From contig SHYR01000003.1 of assembly GCA_009692705.1 (NCBI GenBank), forward strand, positions 5,170 to 69,169: a stretch of DNA of 64,000 nucleotides. The letters run 5' to 3'. The stretch is from Dehalococcoidia bacterium. Lineage in GTDB: Bacteria; Chloroflexota; Dehalococcoidia; UBA2979. The notes beneath the pieces are model-generated. The model worked only from the letters and a program-made list of their open reading frames with translations. It made no database searches and had not been told where the DNA came from. The position numbers and the translations under genes were made by a program. Below, one piece after another: positions 46,053 to 57,269 of the stretch. The first letter of the stretch is position 1. Every line of letters starts with the position of its first letter.

Positions 46053-46938
46053 GGCGGCGGCGCTCCGCGCGCGTGCCCCGCCGCACCGGGATGCGCCCCG
46101 GCGGCGCGCCGGGCGCATCCGCCAGCGGCGGCCGCGTGGCGAAGTACCAGGCGCCGGGGATCAGCGCGACGAGCACCAGCAGCGAGACCAACTGCGGCAC
46201 GCGTAGCCCCAGCACCTCCGAAGAATCGACGCGCAGATACGTGAGGAAGAAGCGCATCACGGCGTAGCCGCCGAGGTAGAAGCAGAAGGTGAGGCCGGGG
46301 CGCCGCCGCAGTGGCCCGAAGAACAGCCAGAACATCACGCCGAGGATTACGAGGTCGCCGAGCAGCTCGTAGGTGGTGGCCGGGTGGTGCGGGCCCACCG
46401 TCACCGAGTACGCGAAGGCCGGGGACTGCGGGTCGGTGTAGATCACGCCCCACGGCAAGTTCGTGGCGCGCGCGAGATGCTCGCCGTTGACCAGGTCGCC
46501 GATGCGTCCGATCGCCTGCCCGAGGATCAGCCCGAAACCGCCGGCGTCCAGCCCGCGCGCGATCGGGTAGCGGCGCCAGAGCGCAAACGCCAGCCCGCCG
46601 CCCACGCCGCCGAGGATCGCTCCCCAGATCGAAATGCCGCCCTCGGTGAGGACCACGATATCGAACGGGTTGCGGCTGTAGAAGTCCCAGCGCTCGATCA
46701 CGTACAGCAGCCGCGCCCCGACCACCCCACTCGGCACCGCCACCAGCGCGAGCGCGTAGGCGTCATCGTCGTCGTAGCCGCCGGCGCGCGCGATGCGGCG
46801 GCCGAGCTGCACCCCGGCGAGGATGCCGATCGCGGTGAAGAGGCCGTGCCACGTCAGCAGGAAGCCGCCGATGCCGGCGATGTTGGGGTCCCACGGGATC
46901 TCGATCACCAGCATCAGGCCCGGCACGGCGGCCTCCAC
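46045..46938 (-). CDS. lgt: Prolipoprotein diacylglyceryl transferase
   Basis: LTWHGLFTAIGILAG, GARLLYV, GGISIWGAILGG, GRIGDLVNGEH and WGV. Confidence 0.9.
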   Translation of the reverse strand: MEAAVPGLMLVIEIPWDPNIAGIGGFLLTWHGLFTAIGILAGVQLGRRIARAGGYDDDDAYALALVAVPSGVVGARLLYVIERWDFYSRNPFDIVVLTEGGISIWGAILGGVGGGLAFALWRRYPIARGLDAGGFGLILGQAIGRIGDLVNGEHLARATNLPWGVIYTDPQSPAFAYSVTVGPHHPATTYELLGDLVILGVMFWLFFGPLRRRPGLTFCFYLGGYAVMRFFLTYLRVDSSEVLGLRVPQLVSLLVLVALIPGAWYFATRPPLADAPGAPPGRIPVRRGTRAERRRRG

Positions 46939-46974
46939 CAGCGGACGGGGGGTTCGATGCTACAGCAGCGGTCG

Positions 46975-47805
46975 CTAGCGGGCTGTCGCCGTGGGCGTGG
47001 CTGCGGGCGTGCCAGTAGGCGTGGCAGTGGCGGTCACACCGAAGAGCCGCTCGTACAGCCTGCGCACCTGCGCCGGCGGCAGGCCCGCACCGAGGAAGCT
47101 GTCTCCGACGCGCACCTCCACGTGCGGATGCAGCTCGGTGCCGGGGGCGGTCACGAACTCCGGCGTCCCCGACTCCCCGACTGCGCCGATCAGCTGGCCC
47201 TGCCGCACCTCCGCACCGGCGGCGATGCCAGCCGCGATCGCGCTCAGGTGCGCGTAGCGGCTCACGATGCCGTTGCCGTGGTCGATCCAGACCTGGCGGC
47301 CGCGGAAGGCGTCGAGGATCGCCGCATCGGAGCAGCTGCACGCCGCCGTGCGCGCTGTGAGGTCAGCGAGCGTGCGCGGCGTGAGGTCCTGGTAGTCTAG
47401 ATCCGCGCGGACCAACACACCCCGGTACATCGCCTTCACCGCCGTCCCGCGCTCGACGCGCGCGCAGCCCGCGCGGTCGTACCAGTCGACGCCCTCGTGC
47501 ACGCCGTTGCGGTAGGGGCGCGGCGCATTCGGCATCAGGTCGTCGCTGCCGGGCAGGCATGCGCCGTCGACCGGCCAGGCGAAGCCGCGCAAGTCTGAGG
47601 GGACCAGGTCGCTGGCGACCACGGTCGGCGTGCGCGCCGCCGCCGGTGTACGCGCCGCCGCCGGCGCCGGCGCGCCGTCGTCCACAGCCACGGACGCCGG
47701 TCCATCGCCACCGCACGCCGCGAACGCCAGCGCGGCCACGATCCACACCACTGGCGCCCACGCCGCAGCGGCGCGGCGCCCACCCGCACGGCTCGCATCA
47801 CTCAC
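46975..47805 (-). CDS. M23/LytM-family peptidase, predicted lipoprotein
   Basis: Lipobox-like LAFAAC. HEGVDW, IDHGNGIVSRYAHL, GESGTP and HPHVEV. Confidence 0.8.
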   Translation of the reverse strand: MSDASRAGGRRAAAAWAPVVWIVAALAFAACGGDGPASVAVDDGAPAPAAARTPAAARTPTVVASDLVPSDLRGFAWPVDGACLPGSDDLMPNAPRPYRNGVHEGVDWYDRAGCARVERGTAVKAMYRGVLVRADLDYQDLTPRTLADLTARTAACSCSDAAILDAFRGRQVWIDHGNGIVSRYAHLSAIAAGIAAGAEVRQGQLIGAVGESGTPEFVTAPGTELHPHVEVRVGDSFLGAGLPPAQVRRLYERLFGVTATATPTGTPAATPTATAR

Positions 47806-47859
47806 GCGGTCAGCCCTGCCGGGCCGTCGAACGCGCGACGCCGCGGTCGGGCGCTTCGC

Positions 47860-48648
47860 TCACCACCGCACCGCCGCGCGCGCCCGCCCGCGCTGCCGCG
47901 CGACCGCCGCCGCTGCGCGGTGCGCGCGCTCGGCGTACGGGTCATCGAGCGCGAGCAGCTCGGCCCCACCATCGCCATAGCGGTGACGCAGCGCCGCGCG
48001 CAGCAGGTGGTCGGTGAGCGCGGGGTTCTTCGGCAGCACCGAGCCGTGCAGGTAGGTGCCAATCGCGGCGCCGGCGAGCGCGCCCTCGGCGCCGTCGTCG
48101 CCGTTGTTGCCGTAGCCGTACAGCACCTGCGCGAACGGCCGCGCGCGCGGGCCGAGGTAGGTGCGGCCCCCGTGGTTCTCAAAGCCCACGACCTCGCCCA
48201 CGCCCTCGATCTCCGCACGCGCCAGCACGTCGCCGATGCAGCGCTGCCAGCCAGGGCCCGGCGCCACCGTGACCGCATCGAAGATGCCGACGCCGGGCAG
48301 CTCGTCGCCGGCCGCGGTGCGGTAGGAACGGCCGAAGAGCTGGAAGCCGCCGCACACCGCCAGCATCGCCGCGCCCTGCTCCGCCCACTCGCGCAGCAGC
48401 GCGCCGCGACCGGCCAGCTCGCCGGCAATGCGCCGCTGCTCGCGGTCCTGCCCGCCGCCGATCAGCACTAGGTCGGCCTCCGCCGGCAGCCGGTCGCCGA
48501 TGCCGATCGCGGTGACCTGGCACCCGATGCCCGACCGCAGGCAGCGCGCCACCAGCGCGATCATGTTGCCGCGGTCGGCGTACACGCCCATGACGTCGGG
48601 GTAGAGCGAGACCACCCGGATCGCGAGGCCGGCGCGCGCGACGGTCAC
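47860..48648 (-). CDS. gatD: CobQ-like glutamine amidotransferase GatD (lipid II isoglutaminyl synthase, glutaminase subunit)
   Basis: LIGGGQDREQ, catalytic AVCGGFQLFG, and GFENHGGRT...GTYLHG. The start overlaps the murT stop (GTGA). Confidence 0.8.
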   Translation of the reverse strand: MTVARAGLAIRVVSLYPDVMGVYADRGNMIALVARCLRSGIGCQVTAIGIGDRLPAEADLVLIGGGQDREQRRIAGELAGRGALLREWAEQGAAMLAVCGGFQLFGRSYRTAAGDELPGVGIFDAVTVAPGPGWQRCIGDVLARAEIEGVGEVVGFENHGGRTYLGPRARPFAQVLYGYGNNGDDGAEGALAGAAIGTYLHGSVLPKNPALTDHLLRAALRHRYGDGGAELLALDDPYAERAHRAAAAVARQRGRARAAVRW

Positions 48649-50126
48649 GACGCCGCCCCCCAGTAAGGCGCCACGCCGGTGCGGTTCGCCAGCGCCTCGC
48701 GCAGCTCCACCATCGCGGTGTAGGTCGCGAGCACGTCCAGCCGCGCCCCCGGCGGCGTGAGCTCGATCGCGCGCTCCAGCGCGGAGGCGAGATGCGGCTC
48801 CACCAGCGCCGGCTCCAGGCCGGCGAGCACCAGCCGCAGCGCCAGCTCATCGGCGCGCGTGCCGGAGACCACGATCGTGGCTGCACGCCCCTGCAGCAGC
48901 TCCAGGTCGGCATCGTAGATCCAGGACACGTCGCGACCGTCCGCCACGCCGTCATTCAGGACCGCGAGCAGGTGCAGCACGGGGCCGGGCGGAGCCGGCG
49001 TCACCAGCGTGCGCAACAGCTCGTTCATGCCCGCCGGGTTCTTCGCCAGCAGCAGCCGCACATCGCGGTCGTAGACACGGAAGCGCTCCTGCCGCCCGAA
49101 GGCGGGCCCTGCCCCCTCGAGCGCGTGCGCGATCGCTGTCACCGGCAGCCCCAGCGCGTGCGCGCCGGCCGCGGCGGCGAGCGCATTGTAGACGGAGTGC
49201 AGCCCCGCCAGCGGTAGCGCCACCGCCAGCGTCTCGCCCGGCAGCGCCAGCTCGAAACGCACGCCGTCTGCAAGCAGCTCGACGGCGCGCGCGCTCACCG
49301 CCGGCGTCTCCCGCCGGCGGCCGCAAGCGTCGCAGCGCCAGTGACCAAGGTGGCCGATGAACACCGCGTCGTACGCATAGAGTGCGCCGCAGTCGCAGAA
49401 CCGCGCGTCGGCGGCGTGCTCCACACCCGCCAGCGCCACGTCGCAGTCCTCGACGCCGAAGGTCACGACCTCGCCGCCCGCCGCCCCGGCGAGCCGCGCA
49501 ATCGACGGGTCGTCGGCGTTCAGCACCAGCGTGAGGCCGGAAGCGTCACCTTCCAGCGCGCCCCACCAGCCCTCGGCGAGCGAGTCCACCTCACCGTAGC
49601 GGTCGAGCTGGTCACGGAAGAGGTTGAGGAAGAGCGCCGCGCGCGGCCGCAGCCGCGGCAGCACGCCCGGCAGCGCCGCCTCGTCGACCTCGAACACACC
49701 GAGGCGCCGGAACGCCACCGGCAGGCGCCCCCCGGCGGTCATCGCCGCCACGAAGGCGCTCACGATCCCGCGCTCCAGGTTGGAGCCGGAGTGGTTGGCG
49801 AGCGGCTGCAGCCCGGCGGCACGCGCCGCCGCGCTCAACAGATGCGCGGTGGTGGTCTTGCCGTTGGTGCCGGTGACGGTAACACTGCCGTGACCCGGCA
49901 GCCGCCCGAGCTCTTCCAGCAGCGCCGGCGCGAGCGCCGTCGCCACCAGCCCCGGCAGCGCGGTGCCGCCGCCGCGACGCAGCCAGCGGGTGGCGGCGCC
50001 GGCGCCGCGAGCCAGCAGCAACGCACCGCGCTCCCGCAGGCTTCCCGCCAACCCGGACGCGCCTGAGCCGTCGCCGATCATGGCAACCATTGTCCTACGG
50101 TCTGCCTCCGGCCGCGCGGGGCGCAT
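48645..50126 (-). CDS. murT: Mur-ligase-family MurT (lipid II isoglutaminyl synthase)
   Basis: VTVTGTNGKTTT, a Cys4 ribbon (FCDCG...WRCDACG) and a C-terminal DUF1727-like region. The start may be the downstream Met (MVAMIGDG, about 50090). Confidence 0.85.
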   Translation of the reverse strand: MRPARPEADRRTMVAMIGDGSGASGLAGSLRERGALLLARGAGAATRWLRRGGGTALPGLVATALAPALLEELGRLPGHGSVTVTGTNGKTTTAHLLSAAARAAGLQPLANHSGSNLERGIVSAFVAAMTAGGRLPVAFRRLGVFEVDEAALPGVLPRLRPRAALFLNLFRDQLDRYGEVDSLAEGWWGALEGDASGLTLVLNADDPSIARLAGAAGGEVVTFGVEDCDVALAGVEHAADARFCDCGALYAYDAVFIGHLGHWRCDACGRRRETPAVSARAVELLADGVRFELALPGETLAVALPLAGLHSVYNALAAAAGAHALGLPVTAIAHALEGAGPAFGRQERFRVYDRDVRLLLAKNPAGMNELLRTLVTPAPPGPVLHLLAVLNDGVADGRDVSWIYDADLELLQGRAATIVVSGTRADELALRLVLAGLEPALVEPHLASALERAIELTPPGARLDVLATYTAMVELREALANRTGVAPYWGAAS

Positions 50127-50195
50127 CGCGCGATCGCAGGCGCCCGTCCACTGCGGCGGACGCGCTGGGGTGGGGGCGCAGAAGAACCGAGGGCG

Positions 50196-50513
50196 CTAGC
50201 CGGAGACGCGCTCGATGAAGACGTCCATGACGCCGCCGCAGATCTTGTCGTCGCCGTCCACCGGCTCGGTGAGGTCCACCTGCACGAGGCGCGGCCGGCC
50301 GTCGGCCATCGTCTCCATCGCGCCCTGCCAGACCTCGGCCTCGCCGCAGCCGCCGCCGACGGTGCCGCTGAACGTGCCGTCCGGCCGCAGCAGCATGTGC
50401 GCGCCGGCCTTGCGCGGCGTCGAGCCACGGGTCGCCGCGACCGTGGCGAGCACGCGCAGCTCGCCCGCCTCGATGGCGGCGCGGATCTCGGCGAATAACT
50501 CTTTCGACATCAC
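50196..50513 (-). CDS. Stand-alone XdhC/CoxI N-terminal-domain protein
   Basis: LATVAATRGSTPRKAGAHMLLRPDGTFSGTVGGGCGEAEV. 105 aa with GGAG upstream. Confidence 0.7.
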   Translation of the reverse strand: MMSKELFAEIRAAIEAGELRVLATVAATRGSTPRKAGAHMLLRPDGTFSGTVGGGCGEAEVWQGAMETMADGRPRLVQVDLTEPVDGDDKICGGVMDVFIERVSG

Positions 50514-50653
50514 ACGACTCCGGATCGGGGGTAGCGCGCGTACAACAGACCCCGGATACTATTGTAGCCCGTGCAGCTTGCAGTGGAGCCTGTAGCCGGC
50601 CGCGGCGGTCGCCCGGCAGCGGGTGAGGAGAGATCCGCCGCCCGCGCCGCGCC

Positions 50654-50833
50654 GTAGACGTAGACGTATCAGTCGATGAACCTGCCGCTCCGGACAACGC
50701 CGGACAACATGAATGCCCCCGGCCCCATGCCACAGAAGGAAGCCATGCCACGGAGGGAATGCGCGACCAGGGGAAACTGCCGCTCCGGATAGCATGAAGG
50801 CCGGGTTGCCCCGGCCCCATGCCCCAGAGGGAA
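50654..50833. repeat. Cluster of short direct repeats in a 455-bp lower-GC spacer
   Basis: GTAGAC x2.5 at 50654-50668. CCGGACAACG x2 at about 50690-50708. CTGCCGCTCCGGA occurs twice (about 50682 and 50778). CCATGCC(A/C)C(A/G)GA(A/G)GGAA occurs three times (50725-50741, 50743-50759, 50817-50833). Confidence 0.8.
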
Positions 50834-50968
50834 CTGGAGTTGCAGTATAGCAGCTTCAGGAGCGCGCAAGCCCTGCGCGTCCACGATGATCTCCGCCTCG
50901 TATTCCCACTCGCCCGTATTTGAATCGCCTCAAATCTCGTCTCGCGCCTCTGCTCACGCCCTGTGCCG

Positions 50969-51937
50969 CTACGTGTTGAGCGGCGGACGCCGCACCTGCA
51001 TCGGCGCGCCGCTGCCCCCGCGCCGCACCATCAGCACCTCCGCCAGGATCGAGAGCGCGATCTCCTCCGGGGTCTCCGCACCGATGTCGAGCCCGACCGG
51101 GGTGTGCACCGCCTCCAGCGCCGCGCGGTCCAAGCCCTCGTCCAGCAGGTGCTGCAGCACGGTGTGCGTGCGCCGGGGGCTACCGATCATGCCCACGAAC
51201 GCCGCTCCCCGCCCGAGCGCGTGCCGCAGCGCCAGCTCGTCCTGCCGGTGCCCGCGCGACACCATCACGATGTAGCTCGAGCTGTCGATCGCCAGCTCGT
51301 CCATGGCGGCGTCGATCTCGCCCGCGAGCACCCGCTCCGCCATCGGGAAGCGCTCGCGGTTGGCGAACTCCTCGCGGTCGTCCAGCACCGTGATCTCGAA
51401 GCCCAGCAGCTCGCCGATGCGCGCCAGCGCCAGCCCGATGTGGCCGCCACCGACGATCACCAGCCGCGCCGGCGACTCGAACAGCTCCACCATCACCGTC
51501 GCGTCGGACGCCGAGGCCTGCGACCGCCGGTCGACGACCGCGCCGCCGGCGCCCACCCACACCGTCTCCACCGTCACGCGCGGCGTCGTGGTGAGCTGCG
51601 CCAGCGCCGCGGCGCGCACGGCGGCCTCGGCGGGCCCGCCGTCGAGCCGCCCGAGCGTGCTGCCGTCGCCGCGCACCAGCAGCTTCGCGCCGGCCGCCAG
51701 CGCCGCGCCGCCGCCGCTGGTGACTGTCGCCACCGCCACCGCCGGGCCGTCGTCGAGCGCGCGCTCCACCTCGCGCGCGATCTGCTCCCGCGCGTCCTGC
51801 TCCCGCGAGCCGACGAGATCGATCACGCGTCCCCCCGCTCGCGGTGCCTCGCCGCCCGCCACGCGGCCGGCGCGATCATAGCGCGCGCGGTGCTCCCCGA
51901 TCAGCGCCGGCGACGCGACCGCGAGCAGCAGCGACAT
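50969..51937 (-). CDS. xdhC: XdhC-family molybdoenzyme maturation protein (full length: XdhC_CoxI plus Rossmann-like XdhC_C)
   Basis: ATVTSGGGAALAAGAKLLVRGDGSTLGRLDGG, LVIVGGGHIGLALARIG, MVSRGHRQD and VGMIGSPRR. Confidence 0.8.
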   Translation of the reverse strand: MSLLLAVASPALIGEHRARYDRAGRVAGGEAPRAGGRVIDLVGSREQDAREQIAREVERALDDGPAVAVATVTSGGGAALAAGAKLLVRGDGSTLGRLDGGPAEAAVRAAALAQLTTTPRVTVETVWVGAGGAVVDRRSQASASDATVMVELFESPARLVIVGGGHIGLALARIGELLGFEITVLDDREEFANRERFPMAERVLAGEIDAAMDELAIDSSSYIVMVSRGHRQDELALRHALGRGAAFVGMIGSPRRTHTVLQHLLDEGLDRAALEAVHTPVGLDIGAETPEEIALSILAEVLMVRRGGSGAPMQVRRPPLNT

Positions 51938-51946
51938 CGCGCAACC

Positions 51947-53038
51947 CTAGAGGTTGAACAGCACGTTCAGCACGTCGCCGTCCTGCACCTCGTAACCCCT
52001 GCCCTCGGTGTGCAGCTTGCCCTGCCGGCGCAGCTCCGCGATCGAGCCTGCGGCCACCATCTCATCCCAGCGCGCCACCTCCGCGCGGATGAAGCCGCGC
52101 TCAAGGTCGGAATGGATGCGCCCGGCGGCCTCCGGCGCGAGCGCGCCCCGGCGCACGGGCCACGCGCGGCACTCGTCCTCACCGGCGGTGAGAAACGACT
52201 GCATGCCAAGCAGCTCGTAGGAGCCGCGGATCGCGCGGTCCAGCGGCGAGTCGGCGGGGAGCCCGAGGTCGAGGCGGAACTCCGCCGCCTCCGCGGGCTC
52301 CAGCGCGGCCAGCTCCGCCTCGATCTTCGCGCACAGCGCCGACACCGCCACGCCGCGGCCACCGTGGCGCTGCGCGAACTCCGCCTCCACCTCCGCCGCG
52401 CGCGCGAGATCGGACTCGCCGATATTCACCACCAACAGCTCCGGCAGCCGCGTCACGAACTGGTACTGCGCGAGCTGCTTGCGCAGCTCCTCGCTGAGCT
52501 CGAGCGCGCGCAGCGCACGCCCCGCCTCCAGCTCGCGCTGCAACGTGCCGAGCAGCTCGCGGTCGCGCTCCAGCGCGCCGCGCGCCGCCGCCTTCACGGA
52601 ACGCATCTCCGCCTCCAGCCGCGCCAGCCGGCGCTCGATCAGCGCGAGGTCGGCGAACGCCAGCTCCAGCTCCAGCGCCTCCACATCGCGGTGGGGGTCG
52701 ACGTTGACCAGGGGGTGCGGCACCGCCTCGTCCTCGAAGGCGCGCACCACGTGCACGAGCGCATCCATGCCCGCGAGGTCGGCGAGAAAGCGCCCGCCCG
52801 GGCCCTCGGCGGTGAAGCCCGCGACGGGGTAGTCCACCCAGCGCACCTCGGCGTAGGTGACCTTCTTCGGCTTGAAGAGCGCCGCCAGCGCATCAACACG
52901 CGGGTCCGGCACCCGCACCACGCCCACGTTCGGCTCCTCGCGCGAGGAGTAGGTGCCGATCGCCGCGCGGCCGCGCGTGACGGCGTTGAAGAGCGAGCTC
53001 TTGCCGCTGCGCGCGAGGCCGATGATGCCGAGTTCCAT
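51947..53038 (-). CDS. ychF: Ribosome-binding ATPase YchF
   Basis: Start at MELGIIGLARSGKSSLFNAVT. The C-terminal TGS-like end is YEVQDGDVLNVLFNL. Confidence 0.9.
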   Translation of the reverse strand: MELGIIGLARSGKSSLFNAVTRGRAAIGTYSSREEPNVGVVRVPDPRVDALAALFKPKKVTYAEVRWVDYPVAGFTAEGPGGRFLADLAGMDALVHVVRAFEDEAVPHPLVNVDPHRDVEALELELAFADLALIERRLARLEAEMRSVKAAARGALERDRELLGTLQRELEAGRALRALELSEELRKQLAQYQFVTRLPELLVVNIGESDLARAAEVEAEFAQRHGGRGVAVSALCAKIEAELAALEPAEAAEFRLDLGLPADSPLDRAIRGSYELLGMQSFLTAGEDECRAWPVRRGALAPEAAGRIHSDLERGFIRAEVARWDEMVAAGSIAELRRQGKLHTEGRGYEVQDGDVLNVLFNL

Positions 53039-53221
53039 GCCGCCAGTGTCCGCGCGCGCCCAATGCCACGCAACGCGCGCGCCGCGCCGCGCGACGGAGC
53101 GGCCGCGGGCGGCGCGCCCCGGGGCCGTCGCGCTCAAGCCGCGCCCTCGCGCAGCGCCAGCGTCAGACAGTCGCCAGCGATGCGCGACGCGGGACCGGCC
53201 GCCCGGCCGCCCGCACCACCG

Positions 53222-53671
53222 CTAGCCCTGCGCCCAGCCGGGGATCGTGGCACCGGCCACGGAGTCGTAGTGTGGAATGTACGGCTTCACGTCGAGCACT
53301 GGCGTGCCGTCGACGAGGTCCAGCCCCTCGACGCGCAGGGCGTCGCCCTCCACCGCCAGCAGGCGACAGACGGTCACGGACAGCGGGTTGGGCCGCGCGC
53401 CGCCGCGCAGCACCAGCGCCCCCTGCAGCGGCAGCCGCTCGTCACCGCCGGGGTGGGCGCGACGCCGTGCGCGCAACTCGGCGGGCACGCGGTCGAGCCA
53501 GCCCACCACGATCACGTGCGAGTAGCCGGCGAACCCGAGCAGCGCCTCGCCCAGCCCCGCCTGCAGGCGAATCTCGCTGCGCGCGCGCGACCAGTCGCGG
53601 CGCGCGAGCTGGTGCTCGGCGCTCGCCACCACCCCGATCGGAACCAGCTCGATGGGCTCCACCCCGCGCAT
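53222..53671 (-). CDS. tsaA: TsaA/YaeB (TrmO)-family tRNA methyltransferase-like protein
   Basis: IELVPIGVV..., RPNPLSVTVCRLLAVEG..L.VEGLDLVDGTPVLDVKPY. Confidence 0.8.
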   Translation of the reverse strand: MRGVEPIELVPIGVVASAEHQLARRDWSRARSEIRLQAGLGEALLGFAGYSHVIVVGWLDRVPAELRARRRAHPGGDERLPLQGALVLRGGARPNPLSVTVCRLLAVEGDALRVEGLDLVDGTPVLDVKPYIPHYDSVAGATIPGWAQG

Positions 53672-53735
53672 TCTACGGGCGCGGCGCGCCCGCCGCCGGG
53701 AGGCGCGCTCTCAGGGGATATTGCGAGAGCATTAA

Positions 53736-56051
<2,316 letters not shown>

Positions 56052-56120
56052 CTACGGCCTCTGCCCGCGCGTGCCTGCGCAGCGTTTGAGAATCGCGCCC
56101 GCGAGGCGCACGATCGCCCC

Positions 56121-56672
56121 ATGACCGACGCCAGCGACGCGACCGACGGGCCGCAGCCGCCCGCCCATCAGCGACGGCTGACCGAGTACGAGCGCTGGCT
56201 CGCCGCGCCCACGCCGTCCAGCCTCGTCCTGCGCTGGCTGATGGGTCCGCTCGGCGCGTTCTTCGCCAACAGCCCGCTCTTCCGGCTGCCGGAGAGCCTG
56301 CAGCTCCAGCCCTCGCTGCGGCCGACGAGCGCCGCGCCGGCCGGCCACTGCGTCTCGCGCACGCCTCGGCGACCGCGCTGCCATTCCGCTCGGCGACCTT
56401 CAACCTCGTGCTCTGCGGCCACGTGCTCAAGCACCTCGATGACGAGGAGCCGCTGGCGCTGTCGTGCGAGGTGCGCCGCGTGCTGGCGGTGCGCGGGCTG
56501 GCGCTGCTGTGGGAGTTCGCGCCCACCGACAAGCCACGCCTTGATGCCTTCAGCCGTCGTATGCTCGAGCGCGGTGTGCACACGTCGAGGCTGCGCTCCA
56601 CGGCCGCGCTGCTGCAGGCTGCCGCCGATCCAGCGCGCCTCGATCCTGCTCGGCGTCCCGCCCGCTCCCTAG
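56121..56672 (+). pseudogene. Remnant of a class I SAM-dependent methyltransferase (SAM-binding motif I missing, reading frame broken)
   Basis: The N-terminal 60 codons (high GC3) read ...YERWLAAP...LQLQP in frame 1. The post-motif-I part LAAADERRAGRPLRLAHASATALPFRSATFNLVLCGHVLKHLDDEEPLALSCEVRRVLAVRGLALLWEFAP is in another frame. No GxGxG block lies between them, and the second frame has no nearby stop. Confidence 0.45.
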
Positions 56673-57262
56673 CCGCCGCCGTACAGGCCCAGCTCCGCGA
56701 TCACCGCCTGCACGGTCTGCGACACCAGCACGTCCAGAGAGCGCCCGGCGCGCGCGCGCGCGCGCAGCTCCGTGGACGACACCCACAGCGACGGCATCGT
56801 CACGGGGTCCAGGCGTGCCTCCACCCCCGGCACCGCCCGCGCCAGCTCGCCCAGCGCGAGCGCCGCGTCCGGCCGCTGCGCCACCGCCAGCCGCGCCACC
56901 GCCAGCAGCCGCTGCGGCTCGTGCCAGCGCGGCAGGTCGGCGAGCGCGTCGGCGCCGAGCACGAACCACCACTCGCCGCCGCCTTGCGCCAGCGCGGTCA
57001 TCGTGTCGCTGGCGTAGGAAGGGCCGCTCCGCTCCAGCTCCACGGTGCTCGCCTCGGCCCACACCAGCGGAGCGATCGCTCCGCGCAGCATGCGCAGCCG
57101 TGTCACCGCCGGCGATACCGCGCGCTCCGCCTTGAGCCAGGGGTCAGCCGCCACCACGAACATCACGCGGTCCAGCGCCAGCGCCCGCCGCGCCGCGGCC
57201 GCCAGCACCAGGTGCGCGAGGTGCGGCGGATCGAAGGTGCCGCCCACCACCCCGGTCCTCAC
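56669..57262 (-). CDS. nadD: Nicotinate-nucleotide adenylyltransferase
   Basis: GVVGGTFDPPHLAHL and the SSTELR motif (VSSTELRARA). Confidence 0.9.
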   Translation of the reverse strand: MRTGVVGGTFDPPHLAHLVLAAAARRALALDRVMFVVAADPWLKAERAVSPAVTRLRMLRGAIAPLVWAEASTVELERSGPSYASDTMTALAQGGGEWWFVLGADALADLPRWHEPQRLLAVARLAVAQRPDAALALGELARAVPGVEARLDPVTMPSLWVSSTELRARARAGRSLDVLVSQTVQAVIAELGLYGGG

Positions 57263-57269
57263 GCCGCGC

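Noticed and set aside
46939-46974. GGTTCGAT string suggestive of a tRNA T-arm.
   Set aside because: The spacer is only 36 nt and no acceptor or anticodon stems can be formed.
50725-50760. TGGCATGG strings on the minus strand resembling a sigma-54 -24 element.
   Set aside because: There is no TTGC -12 element at the required 4-5-nt spacing. The strings are part of a repeated 17-mer.
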